In this document: positions 18,870 to 27,600 of the stretch, piece by piece
Position numbering within the stretch: position 1 is the stretch's first letter
Layout: each line of letters begins with the position of its first letter
Translations under genes and position numbers: made by a program
Notes under the pieces: generated by a model
What the model saw: only the letters and a program-made list of their open reading frames with translations
Told to the model about the DNA's origin: nothing
Databases searched by the model: none
Assembly (NCBI GenBank): GCA_965208575.1
Contig: CBDBOV010000006.1
Location: 288,001-352,000 of the forward strand
DNA from: Spirochaetia bacterium
GTDB taxonomy: Bacteria > Spirochaetota > Spirochaetia > SZUA-6 > Bin103
Reading direction: 5' to 3'
DNA length: 64,000 nucleotides

Positions 18870-21629
18870 ATGCGCCTCGTCGACGACCGCCCGCCGCTGC
18901 CGGAGGAACCGCCGCGCCGCAAGCCCGCTGGACAGCGGTTGAGCGCCGCCACCCACCGGCTCTACGACCAGTGGGGCCGGTACGGAGATTCCGCGAGCGA
19001 ATTCTATACCACGTTCCGCTATTCGCTGCTGCCCGGCCTCGGTCCGGAGCCGGGCGTAACGCGCCGCGACCCGACCGCGGTGGTGCACGCCGGCGGGTAC
19101 TTCCACGCGTGGTACACGCGGCGTGCCGGCGGCGACCGGGACGCCGGCAACCAGGTGCGCAAGGGGCGCACGCAGCGCTGGGACGTTGCCGCCTACGACT
19201 GGGATCTGGCGGAAATCTGGCACGCCACCTCGCCGGACGGGATCACCTGGTGCGAGCAGGGCCGGGCGGTGGCGCGCGGACCGCGCGACGCGTTCGACGG
19301 GCGCAGCGTGTTCACGCCCGGCATCCTGGTGTGGCGCGGCCGCTACTTCCTGTACTACCAGGCGGTGGGACATCCCTACGGCACGCGTACCCGCAACGTG
19401 GTCGGCATGGCGTGGGCGGACGCGCCGGAAGGTCCCTGGCACCGCCACGGCGAGCCCGTGCTGACGCCCGGCACGCCCGGCGAGTGGCGCGGCGATGACG
19501 ACGGCAACGCGGTGACCCGCTACGGCGCCTGGGACAGCCACAAGGTGCATGACCCGCAACCGCTCGTGCGCGGCGGCAAGGTATGGCTCTACTACAAGGG
19601 CCAGCCGATGGGCTGGGGCACCGGCGGCGACGGCGGCATCGGCTGGGGCGTGGCGACCGCCGACCGTCCCGAGGGGCCGTTCGTGAAGTCGCCGCTCAAC
19701 CCGGTAACCAACAGCGGCCACGAGACGCTGCTGTTCCCCTACCGCGAGGGCGTTGCCGCGATCTGCAACCACGACGGGCCGGAGAAGGACACCGTGCAGT
19801 ACGCGCCCGACGGCCTCGACTTCGAGGTGAAGGCGCACGTGGTGCTGCCGCCGCCCGCCGGCGCGCCGTACGCGCCCGATCTGTTCGCGGACAACCGCGA
19901 CGGGCGCGGCATCACCTGGGGCCTCGCGCACCTGGCGCGGGAGGAGTTGAAGCGCGGCAACTCCTACCTGGTGCGCTTCGACTGCAACCTGTCGCGTGAC
20001 GTGGAGCGCCCCGGCTTCCGCCGCTCCAACCACCGCTTCCCGGAGTCGGTCTACTTCTCGCCCGACCTGCTGTTCTCCGGCGCGACTGCGCCCGAAGCGC
20101 GCCGAGCGCATACGGCGCGGCCCGGCCACCGGGGATCGGATGCCGGGGCCGGCGCCAAACCCGGCCGTTGCGAGCCCGACCGCGCCGGAACCGGCCTGAA
20201 CCCGCCCACCGCCCCGGTCACCGCGGGTGCGCACCGCTCCGGATCGTCCGCAGTGCCGGCTGCGGCAGCGGCCGCAGTACCGGCTGCGGCAGCGTCCGCA
20301 GTGCCGGCTGCGGCAGCGGCCGCGGGCGTTGCCGCCGGCACCGCCGAGGTTGCCGGCGGCACGGACCGCTCGCCGCCGGGCACACCACGGCCCGCGGTGG
20401 GGCATGACCCGCGCCCGGACCCACTGCCGCCCGCGGCTGCCGATGATCCGGACGCGGCCACGCGGGGCGTCCCGGTGAGCGCCGCGACCCGCCGGGTGCG
20501 CGAGGTGTACGGCGCCGCCAAGGACCAGGGCAGCGAGTTCTTCTCCGCCTTCAAGTACGCGCCGGTAACCGGCGTCGGCAAACAGCACGGCGTGAGCCGG
20601 CGCGATCCGAGCAAGGTGATCCGGGTCGGCGGCACCTACTACGTGTGGTACACCCGCCGCCAGTCGGCGCCGCCGGCGGGCTTCGCCGGCGCCACCGATA
20701 CGGTACCGGTGTGGGACTGGGACTTGGGCGAGCTGTGGTACGCCACCAGCGCCGACGGTCACGCCTGGGAGGAGCGCGGCCGGGCGGTGGCGCGCGGCCC
20801 GCGCGGCGCGTTCGACGACCGCTCGGTGCTCACCCCGGACATCCCGGTCTGGGAGGGCCGCTACTACCTCTACTTCCAGGTGCTGCAGGGCCCCTACCGC
20901 GAGCGCTCCATCTACCAGGTCGGGATGGCGCACGCCGACTCTCCCGACGGGCCGTGGCAGCGCTGGCCGGAGCCGGTGCTGCGCCCCGGCGAGCCGGCGC
21001 CCGTGCTGGCCGCCGGCAGCGATGACCCCGACGCCGTAAACCGGTTCGGCGCCTGGGACAGCCACAAGCTGCACGATCCCTACCTGCTGGTGCGCGGCGG
21101 GCGCATCTGGCTCTACTACAAGGGCGTTCCGTTCGGCCGCCACTACCGCCACGACCTCGGCTGCCAGTGGGGTGTGGCGATCGCCGACCGCCCCGAGGGG
21201 CCGTTCGAGCGCAGCCCGCTCAATCCGGTGACCAACAGCGGTCACGAGACGTTCCTCTACCCCTACCGCGAGGGAGTGGTCGCCATCACCAGCCTGGAGG
21301 GCCCCGAAAAGAACACGGTGCAGTACGCCCCGGACGGGCTCAACTTCGAGGTGGTCGGCAAGGTGTCGGCGCCGCCGGTTGCGGCCGGTCCCCACGTACC
21401 CGATGCCTTCACCGACACCCGCGACGGCGAAGGCATCACCTGGGGGCTGGCACACCTCCACCACGGCCCTCACGGCACGCTGCCCAACAGCTACCTGGTT
21501 CGCTTCGAGTGCAACCTGAGCCGCCGCGTGCGCCGCCCCGGCTTCTTCCGGGCGTGGAATTTCCGCTTTCCCGCCGTTGCCTACCTGCCGGAGACGGCGG
21601 ACGATCCCCTGTTCACAACCGATTGTTGA
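18870..21629 (+). CDS. tandem double GH117-like glycoside hydrolase with Ala/Pro linker
   Basis: Two complete motif sets (SAATHR/SAATRR, RRDP, WDL, HDP, SGHE) joined by a low-complexity linker of ~120 aa. Confidence 0.82.
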   Translation: MRLVDDRPPLPEEPPRRKPAGQRLSAATHRLYDQWGRYGDSASEFYTTFRYSLLPGLGPEPGVTRRDPTAVVHAGGYFHAWYTRRAGGDRDAGNQVRKGRTQRWDVAAYDWDLAEIWHATSPDGITWCEQGRAVARGPRDAFDGRSVFTPGILVWRGRYFLYYQAVGHPYGTRTRNVVGMAWADAPEGPWHRHGEPVLTPGTPGEWRGDDDGNAVTRYGAWDSHKVHDPQPLVRGGKVWLYYKGQPMGWGTGGDGGIGWGVATADRPEGPFVKSPLNPVTNSGHETLLFPYREGVAAICNHDGPEKDTVQYAPDGLDFEVKAHVVLPPPAGAPYAPDLFADNRDGRGITWGLAHLAREELKRGNSYLVRFDCNLSRDVERPGFRRSNHRFPESVYFSPDLLFSGATAPEARRAHTARPGHRGSDAGAGAKPGRCEPDRAGTGLNPPTAPVTAGAHRSGSSAVPAAAAAAVPAAAASAVPAAAAAAGVAAGTAEVAGGTDRSPPGTPRPAVGHDPRPDPLPPAAADDPDAATRGVPVSAATRRVREVYGAAKDQGSEFFSAFKYAPVTGVGKQHGVSRRDPSKVIRVGGTYYVWYTRRQSAPPAGFAGATDTVPVWDWDLGELWYATSADGHAWEERGRAVARGPRGAFDDRSVLTPDIPVWEGRYYLYFQVLQGPYRERSIYQVGMAHADSPDGPWQRWPEPVLRPGEPAPVLAAGSDDPDAVNRFGAWDSHKLHDPYLLVRGGRIWLYYKGVPFGRHYRHDLGCQWGVAIADRPEGPFERSPLNPVTNSGHETFLYPYREGVVAITSLEGPEKNTVQYAPDGLNFEVVGKVSAPPVAAGPHVPDAFTDTRDGEGITWGLAHLHHGPHGTLPNSYLVRFECNLSRRVRRPGFFRAWNFRFPAVAYLPETADDPLFTTDC
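20248..20319 (+). repeat. 3 x 24-bp tandem repeat CCGCAGT(G/A)CCGGCTGCGGCAGCG(G/T) encoding AVPAAAA(A/S)
   Basis: Seen directly, in the inter-domain linker. Confidence 0.9.
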
Positions 21630-21678
21630 CAATGTCTACAGCCGATTGTTGACAATCCAGCGCGGGCCCGGCTATAGT
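21619..21678 (+). promoter_or_regulatory. two operators CCGATTGTTGACAAT (21619-21633, 21642-21656) overlapping a sigma70 promoter
   Basis: Perfect 15-bp direct repeat with a near-palindromic core ATTGT-TG-ACAAT; TTGACA (21649-21654), 18 bp, TATAGT (21673-21678). Confidence 0.75.
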
Positions 21679-21704
21679 CGTCTCGTCCTTGAGGCTCATT
21701 CGCG

Positions 21705-22703
21705 TTGAGTGCCTACATCATCCGCCGGCTCTGGTCCATGATCCCGACGCTGCTCATTACCACGGTCGTGGTGTTTCTCCTGATCCGCCTGATGCCGGGA
21801 GACGTGATCGACACCATCATCGAGGATCTGCAGAACCGAGGCACCAGCGAGGCCGCCATCGCCGCCACCCGGGCATTCATCGCGGAGGAACTGGGTCTCG
21901 ATGTTCCCGGCCCGATCCAGTACGGCCGCTGGCTCGGCATCCTGCCGCAACCCGACGGCAGGATCAGCGGCATCCTGCAGGGCGACTTCGGCCTCTCGCT
22001 GTGGTCCAAGAAGCCGGTTCTGTCGCGCATTGCGCCGCGCTGGCCGGTCACCCTGGAACTGGGCCTGATGGCGCTGGTGGTCAGCCAGCTCATTTCGCTG
22101 CCGATCGGTGTCTACTCGGCCTTGCGCCAGGACACCATCGGCGACTACCTCGCGCGCAGCTTCGCGTTCGCCCTGATCGCGGTGCCCAACTTCTGGATCG
22201 CCACCCTGGTGGTGGTACTGCCGTCGATCTGGTGGGGCTACACGCCGCCGATCATGCTGATCCGCTTCAGTGAAGATCCGCTCGGCAACCTGCAGATGTT
22301 CATCCTGCCCGCCATCGTCCTGGGCATGGGCATGTCCGGCATGACGATGCGCATGACACGCACCATGATGCTGGAGGTGCTGCGCCAGGACTACATCAGG
22401 ACGGCGTGGTCCAAGGGCCTGCGCGAGCGGCTCATCGTGGTGCGCCACGCGCTCAAGAACGCGTTCATTCCGGTCATAACCCAGATTGGCCTGTTGTTGC
22501 CGCTGCTGATCGGCGGCACGGTGATCATCGAGAACATATTCGGTCTGCCTGGCATGGGACAGCTCACTCTCGACGCCATCGCCAAGCGCGACTACGCGAC
22601 CGTGAGCGGGCTGATGCTGCTGGTAGCGGCCGGCATCATGGCGATCAACCTCGGCGTAGACCTGGTGTACGCCTGGCTGGACCCGAGGATCCACTACCGA
22701 TGA
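21705..22703 (+). CDS. peptide/nickel-family ABC permease (DppB/OppB-like)
   Basis: YIIRRL..LMPGD, EVLRQDYIRTAWSKGL, LDPRIHY. Confidence 0.92.
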   Translation: MSAYIIRRLWSMIPTLLITTVVVFLLIRLMPGDVIDTIIEDLQNRGTSEAAIAATRAFIAEELGLDVPGPIQYGRWLGILPQPDGRISGILQGDFGLSLWSKKPVLSRIAPRWPVTLELGLMALVVSQLISLPIGVYSALRQDTIGDYLARSFAFALIAVPNFWIATLVVVLPSIWWGYTPPIMLIRFSEDPLGNLQMFILPAIVLGMGMSGMTMRMTRTMMLEVLRQDYIRTAWSKGLRERLIVVRHALKNAFIPVITQIGLLLPLLIGGTVIIENIFGLPGMGQLTLDAIAKRDYATVSGLMLLVAAGIMAINLGVDLVYAWLDPRIHYR

Positions 22704-23701
22704 GCGGCACGCGCGATCGGCTCAACGTCGCCAACCTGGAGGTGCCGCGGACGCGGTCGCTGTGGGTCGACGCTGCGCGGCGCCTGTTCACCGAGAAGCC
22801 GCTGGGTGCGGTGGGCGCCGTGGTGACGGTCGCACTCCTGTTCACCGGGCTGTTCGCCGACCTGATCGCCCCCTACGGCTACAACGAAGTGTTCCCGCAG
22901 CTCGCCAAGTCGCCGCCGTCGGCGCGGTTCTGGCTCGGCACCGACCATATCGGCCGCGACATGCTCAGCCGGGTGATCTACGGCGCCCGCATCTCCATGA
23001 TCGTCGGACTGGCCGCTTCGGTAGTGTCGTCGATCGTGGAACTGGTGCTGGGGATGTCGAGCGGTTACCTCGGGCGCAAGTTCGACATGATCCTGCAGCG
23101 CTTCGTGGACGCCGTCATGGGCTTTCCCGGCATCGTCCTGCTGGTGGTGGTGATGTCCCTGGTCGGCCCCGGCATGGCCACGATCATCATCGTGCTGGGG
23201 CTGCGCTGGGGCATCAACGGATCGCGCATCATCCGCGGCGCCGTGCTGTCGATCAAAAGCAACGCCTACGTCGACGCTGCCATCGCCACTGGATGCCGCA
23301 CCACGCAGGTGCTGGTGCGCCACATACTGCCGCACATCGTGGCTCCCTTGATCATCAACTTCAGCACGCGGGTGCCGGGCATCATCCTTACCGAGGCGAG
23401 CCTGAGCTTCCTCGGCTACGGCGTGCCGCCGCCGGCACCGAGCTGGGGCGGCATGCTGAGCGGTCCGGGCCGGGAACACATGCTCACCGCTCCATGGATC
23501 GCGATCTGGCCGGGCGTCGCGCTGAGCGTCGTCGTGTACGGCGTGAACATGCTCGGCGATGCCGTGCGCGACATCCTCGACCCGCGCCTGCGCGGCGGCA
23601 GCGGCCGGTACGGCGTGCGCGCGCGACGGACGCGGCACCTCACGAACAAGACTGATGGAACGCGAGCGCGTACTGTCGCGGCATCGGCGGCGGGCGACTG
23701 A
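22700..23701 (+). CDS. peptide/nickel-family ABC permease (DppC/OppC-like)
   Basis: LGTDHIGRDMLSRVIYGARIS, EASLSFLG, GDAVRDILDPR. Confidence 0.92.
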   Translation: MSGTRDRLNVANLEVPRTRSLWVDAARRLFTEKPLGAVGAVVTVALLFTGLFADLIAPYGYNEVFPQLAKSPPSARFWLGTDHIGRDMLSRVIYGARISMIVGLAASVVSSIVELVLGMSSGYLGRKFDMILQRFVDAVMGFPGIVLLVVVMSLVGPGMATIIIVLGLRWGINGSRIIRGAVLSIKSNAYVDAAIATGCRTTQVLVRHILPHIVAPLIINFSTRVPGIILTEASLSFLGYGVPPPAPSWGGMLSGPGREHMLTAPWIAIWPGVALSVVVYGVNMLGDAVRDILDPRLRGGSGRYGVRARRTRHLTNKTDGTRARTVAASAAGD

Positions 23702-23786
23702 CATGAGAATGATGCGAGAGGTCCACGAGGGGTGGACCACCCGAACAACCCAATCGCGAGCGAGAGGCTCGACGAAGGAGGACAAC

Positions 23787-25526
23787 ATGCAGAGTTTCGT
23801 ACCGGCGGCTGCCAGGAAGTGGCTGCTGTACGTCATCGTGGCGCTGGCGAGCGTGCCGGCGTTCGCCACCGGCGAGGAAGAAGCTGCCTCGGCAGCGGGC
23901 GACGGACCGCAGCACGGCGGCACCCTGACCGCCTTCCGGTCCGACCTGGAGCCGGTGCAGGCGGACCAGACGTCGACCGTAGGCAGGGCGCCGGCACTGG
24001 TCTACAGCGGTCCGATCATGGACTACCTGTTGATGACCGACTACCAGACCTGCGGGCCGCGCGGGTCGGGCGTCTTTCCGAGCACCTATCCGGGCATCTA
24101 CCTGACGCCCGAGCAGTGCTGGACCGGTGCGCTGGCGGAGAGTTGGGAGGTGCACGAGGACAAGATCGTGTTCCACCTGCGCCAGGGCGTGATGTGGCAG
24201 GGCAACGACAACATCGGCTTCGAACCGCGCGAACTGGTCGCCGAGGACGTGGCGTTCGCACTCGCGCGCGCCTGGAACTCGCGCCCCACGGCCTGGACCT
24301 GGGACGGCGGCGCCATCGACAACATCGTCGCCCAGGACAAGTACACCGTGGTGGTCGAACTCAGCCGCTTCGACCTGGAGTGGGTGGTGTGGACCGCCGC
24401 CAACCCCAACGCCATCTACGCCCCGGAGGTGGTAGAGGCCGGCGCCGGCGAGTGGGAGAACCAGGCGGGCACCGGCCCGTTCCGGTTCGCGGAGTACGTG
24501 GAAGGGTCGTTCATGCGCTACCAGCCGCACGACAACTACTGGGCCAGTCCGACGGTCATCGACGGCGTGGAGTACGACACGCCGTTCGTCGACGAGCTGA
24601 TCTACGTGATCATCAAGGATCATTCCACCCGCGTCGCCGCGCTGCGTACCGCCAAGCTGGATGTCTACTACTGGATGCCGGTGCGGGAAGAGGAGTCGCT
24701 CGCGCAAACCGCGCCCGACCTGGAGAAGTTCCGCTACCTCAGCTCCGGCACCCACGCGCTCGGCTTGCGCAGCGACGTCGAGCCGCTCAGCAACCAGCGC
24801 CTGCGGCACGCGCTGTCGATGGCACTGGATTCCAGGCAGATCGCCGACACCGTGCTGCTGGAAGCGCAGACCGAGGGCATCTTCCCCATGATCGAAGGCT
24901 ATCCGGGCCACATTCCGCCCGACCAGCTCGATCCGGAGATCCGCGCCGTCTACGAGTACCACCCCGATCGCGCCAAGGAGATTCTGGCCGAAGAGGGCTA
25001 CCCGGACGGGTTCAAGCTGAACACCATCGTGCGCGCCGCTGACTCCACCAGCGTCGCCATACTGGAACTGGCCAAGAGCTACTGGGAGGCGATCGGGGTC
25101 GACCTGGAGATCAACGCGCTGGAGCAGCTCGCCTACCAGACCGAGCGCCGCGAGAGGAACTACCACGTGATCCGCTCCCACCTGCAGAACCAGCGCGAGG
25201 TCGGCGCGTTCAACAAGCACTCGATCAACTTCGCGGGGGGCTGGAACGACGCCATCTGGACCGACCCGACCTACTACGACCCGCTGTTCGTGGAAACCAG
25301 CGCCACCCTGGACCTGGAGGAGCGTAACAAGATGTGGGCGCAACTGGCGCAGATCGTGGTCGAGGCAACCGCCTACGTGCCGATCGGCATTCAATACGAG
25401 CTCACCTACTGGTGGCCGTGGGTCAAGAACTACTTCGGCGAGTCGTCGACGACGTTCCGGTCAAGCAGTATGGTAGAGGCCGGCATCTGGATCGACCAGA
25501 ACCTCAAGCAGGAGATGGGCTACTAG
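23787..25526 (+). CDS. family 5 ABC substrate-binding protein
   Basis: AAGGAGG RBS; signal peptide (AFA-TGEEE); GALAESWEV, GTGPFRF, GYPDGF. Confidence 0.9.
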   Translation: MQSFVPAAARKWLLYVIVALASVPAFATGEEEAASAAGDGPQHGGTLTAFRSDLEPVQADQTSTVGRAPALVYSGPIMDYLLMTDYQTCGPRGSGVFPSTYPGIYLTPEQCWTGALAESWEVHEDKIVFHLRQGVMWQGNDNIGFEPRELVAEDVAFALARAWNSRPTAWTWDGGAIDNIVAQDKYTVVVELSRFDLEWVVWTAANPNAIYAPEVVEAGAGEWENQAGTGPFRFAEYVEGSFMRYQPHDNYWASPTVIDGVEYDTPFVDELIYVIIKDHSTRVAALRTAKLDVYYWMPVREEESLAQTAPDLEKFRYLSSGTHALGLRSDVEPLSNQRLRHALSMALDSRQIADTVLLEAQTEGIFPMIEGYPGHIPPDQLDPEIRAVYEYHPDRAKEILAEEGYPDGFKLNTIVRAADSTSVAILELAKSYWEAIGVDLEINALEQLAYQTERRERNYHVIRSHLQNQREVGAFNKHSINFAGGWNDAIWTDPTYYDPLFVETSATLDLEERNKMWAQLAQIVVEATAYVPIGIQYELTYWWPWVKNYFGESSTTFRSSSMVEAGIWIDQNLKQEMGY

Positions 25527-25614
25527 GAGGCTGTGCGGATTACGACAGGCTCCTGGTGATCGGACGGGATGGGCCAAAAGCGGCGCCACGGGCGGCGGTT
25601 TTGGGGCGCTAGCG
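25523..25614 (+). repeat. dispersed ~95-bp repeat, copy 2
   Basis: CTAGGAGGCTGT..CGACAGGCTCCT..GGACGGGATGGGCC.AAAGCG.CGCC..TTGGGGCGCTAGCGA, homologous to the reverse complement of 7440-7535. Confidence 0.7.
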
Positions 25615-25725
25615 ACACTGCGTAACGGGCCGATCCGGATAATTCAGCATCAATCGCGGCGGTGGCGGAGGCGAGCTTCCGGCCGCCGCCGCATGGAGTG
25701 AAGCGCGATGCAACGAGGCTGGGCC

Positions 25726-26340
25726 ATGATCGTTCGACTGCGGCTGTTCGCGGGCGCGATGTCGGCGGTTATGTGCCTGGCGGCGTGCGGCGACCGGGAG
25801 TCAGACGGCGGCGCTGGCGCCTCCGGCGAGCCCGCGCCCGCTGCTGGCACCACCGAAGCGGCCCCGTCCACGGCGGCCGACGCCGCCGCCGGGTCGCCCG
25901 ACCATCCGCGGCTGGCGGTCGGGGAACCCTACTCCACCGATGCCTTCATGGTCACCGTGCTCGGTTCCACCATGATCACCAGCTACGACTACTTCGACAA
26001 GGGCACCGAGGCGACCGCCACCAAGGAGGCGGACCCCGAGGACGCGTTCCTGATCGTCGACATCGAATTCGAGTCGCTCGGCGCCTGGTCGCTGGGAACC
26101 AACGGCAACCAGCTTGCCCTGCGCGGCCAGTTCACGGTAACCGACGGTGCCGACAACCAGTACTCCTACGCCCCCTACTTCGGCGAGAAGGCGCTCGTCC
26201 TGGCGCCCCACCTGGACAAGGGTGAGACGGTGCGCGGCGAGATCATGTACGTGGTCCCGCAGGACGCCGGGGGACTGACCATCCGGTACATGGGCCGCGT
26301 GTTTCCGCGCCCCACCCTCGCCGAGTGGACGCTGGAGTAA
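25726..26340 (+). CDS. DUF4352-like lipoprotein
   Basis: Lipobox LAAC, Ala/Pro tether, Ig-like domain with GETVRGEIMYVVP. Confidence 0.7.
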   Translation: MIVRLRLFAGAMSAVMCLAACGDRESDGGAGASGEPAPAAGTTEAAPSTAADAAAGSPDHPRLAVGEPYSTDAFMVTVLGSTMITSYDYFDKGTEATATKEADPEDAFLIVDIEFESLGAWSLGTNGNQLALRGQFTVTDGADNQYSYAPYFGEKALVLAPHLDKGETVRGEIMYVVPQDAGGLTIRYMGRVFPRPTLAEWTLE

Positions 26341-26365
26341 TCACATCCCCACGGAGAAACAACCG

Positions 26366-27526
26366 ATGGACTACTTTCCCGCCCGCATACCGGCGACCAA
26401 GCCCCCCGGAGTCGAACTCAGTGCCGCCATGCACCGTCAGTACGACCTGTGGGACAGCACCGCCGAGTACGACAACGAGTTCTACTCCCGGTTCAGGTAC
26501 AGCGAACTGGCCGGCTTCCCCGACGACGGTTTCGTGTCGCGCCGCGACCCCTCCAAGGTGATCAAGGTCGGCGACCGGTACTACGTGTATTACACCTGCC
26601 GCCGCACCGGCAACGACATCGTCGCCGCGGGCGAGGACGACGACACCCATGCGTCCACCGACTGGGACCTGGCCGACATCTACGTGGCGACATCGCACGA
26701 CGGGTTCGCCTGGGAGGAGAAGGGGCCGGCGCTGCGGCGCTCCAAGCCGGGACGCTTCGGCTGCCGGTCGCTGTCGACGCCCGACGTCCTGCCGTGGAAC
26801 GGCCGCTACTACCTGTTCGTTCAGGTGTACAGCGACCTGATCCGCAACGACTCCTGCCCGGTCAGCGTCGGGGTGGCAGACCACCCGGAAGGGCCGTTCG
26901 AGCTGCTCGACCGGGAGCTGATACCGCTCGGGCCGCCCGACAGTTGGGACGGCAACTCGATCCACGACCCCTATCCGCTGATCTACCGCAACCGGATCCA
27001 CCTCTACTACAAGGGCCACCCGGTCCGGTTCAAGTCGCCGGACACCATGTACCTGGCGCAGGGGGTGGCGACCGCCGACACGCCGGAGGGGCCGTTCACC
27101 AAGTACGAGGGCAACCCGGTGCTCAACTCCGGTCACGAGACCATGCTGTGGCCCTACCGGGAGGGGATCGCGTCGCTGCAGATCCGCAACGGCAACGAGG
27201 GCAACACCGTGCAGTACGCGCCCGACGGCCTCAACTTCCAGCTCAAGGCGATCGTCGACGTTCCTCCGCACGCCGGCGGCCCCTACATCCCCGACCTGCT
27301 CGCCGACAGCGGCGACGGACGCGGCATCCTGTGGGGCCTGTGCTTCGTGCGGTCGAGCTACGAGGAGCGCTACCGCTCGCGGCTGCTGCGCTTCGACTGC
27401 AGCCTGAGCCGCGACCTGGAACGCCCCGGCTTCAAGGGCGCCCGCCAGTACACAGAGGAGCAGTATCTCGCCTTTCCCCTATCCCCCGAGGAGCGCTCCT
27501 TCCTGACCGAAGCCGGCGGCGCCTGA
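26366..27526 (+). CDS. GH117-like glycoside hydrolase
   Basis: SAAMHR, SRRDPS, DWDLADIYVATS, IHDP, NSGHE, QYAPDGLNF. Confidence 0.82.
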   Translation: MDYFPARIPATKPPGVELSAAMHRQYDLWDSTAEYDNEFYSRFRYSELAGFPDDGFVSRRDPSKVIKVGDRYYVYYTCRRTGNDIVAAGEDDDTHASTDWDLADIYVATSHDGFAWEEKGPALRRSKPGRFGCRSLSTPDVLPWNGRYYLFVQVYSDLIRNDSCPVSVGVADHPEGPFELLDRELIPLGPPDSWDGNSIHDPYPLIYRNRIHLYYKGHPVRFKSPDTMYLAQGVATADTPEGPFTKYEGNPVLNSGHETMLWPYREGIASLQIRNGNEGNTVQYAPDGLNFQLKAIVDVPPHAGGPYIPDLLADSGDGRGILWGLCFVRSSYEERYRSRLLRFDCSLSRDLERPGFKGARQYTEEQYLAFPLSPEERSFLTEAGGA

Positions 27527-27600
27527 TCCCGGATGGTAGCCCCGACGGGGCGCAAAGCCGTATCATTTGCCCTTCTCGCACCGGGAGAAGGATCCGAACT

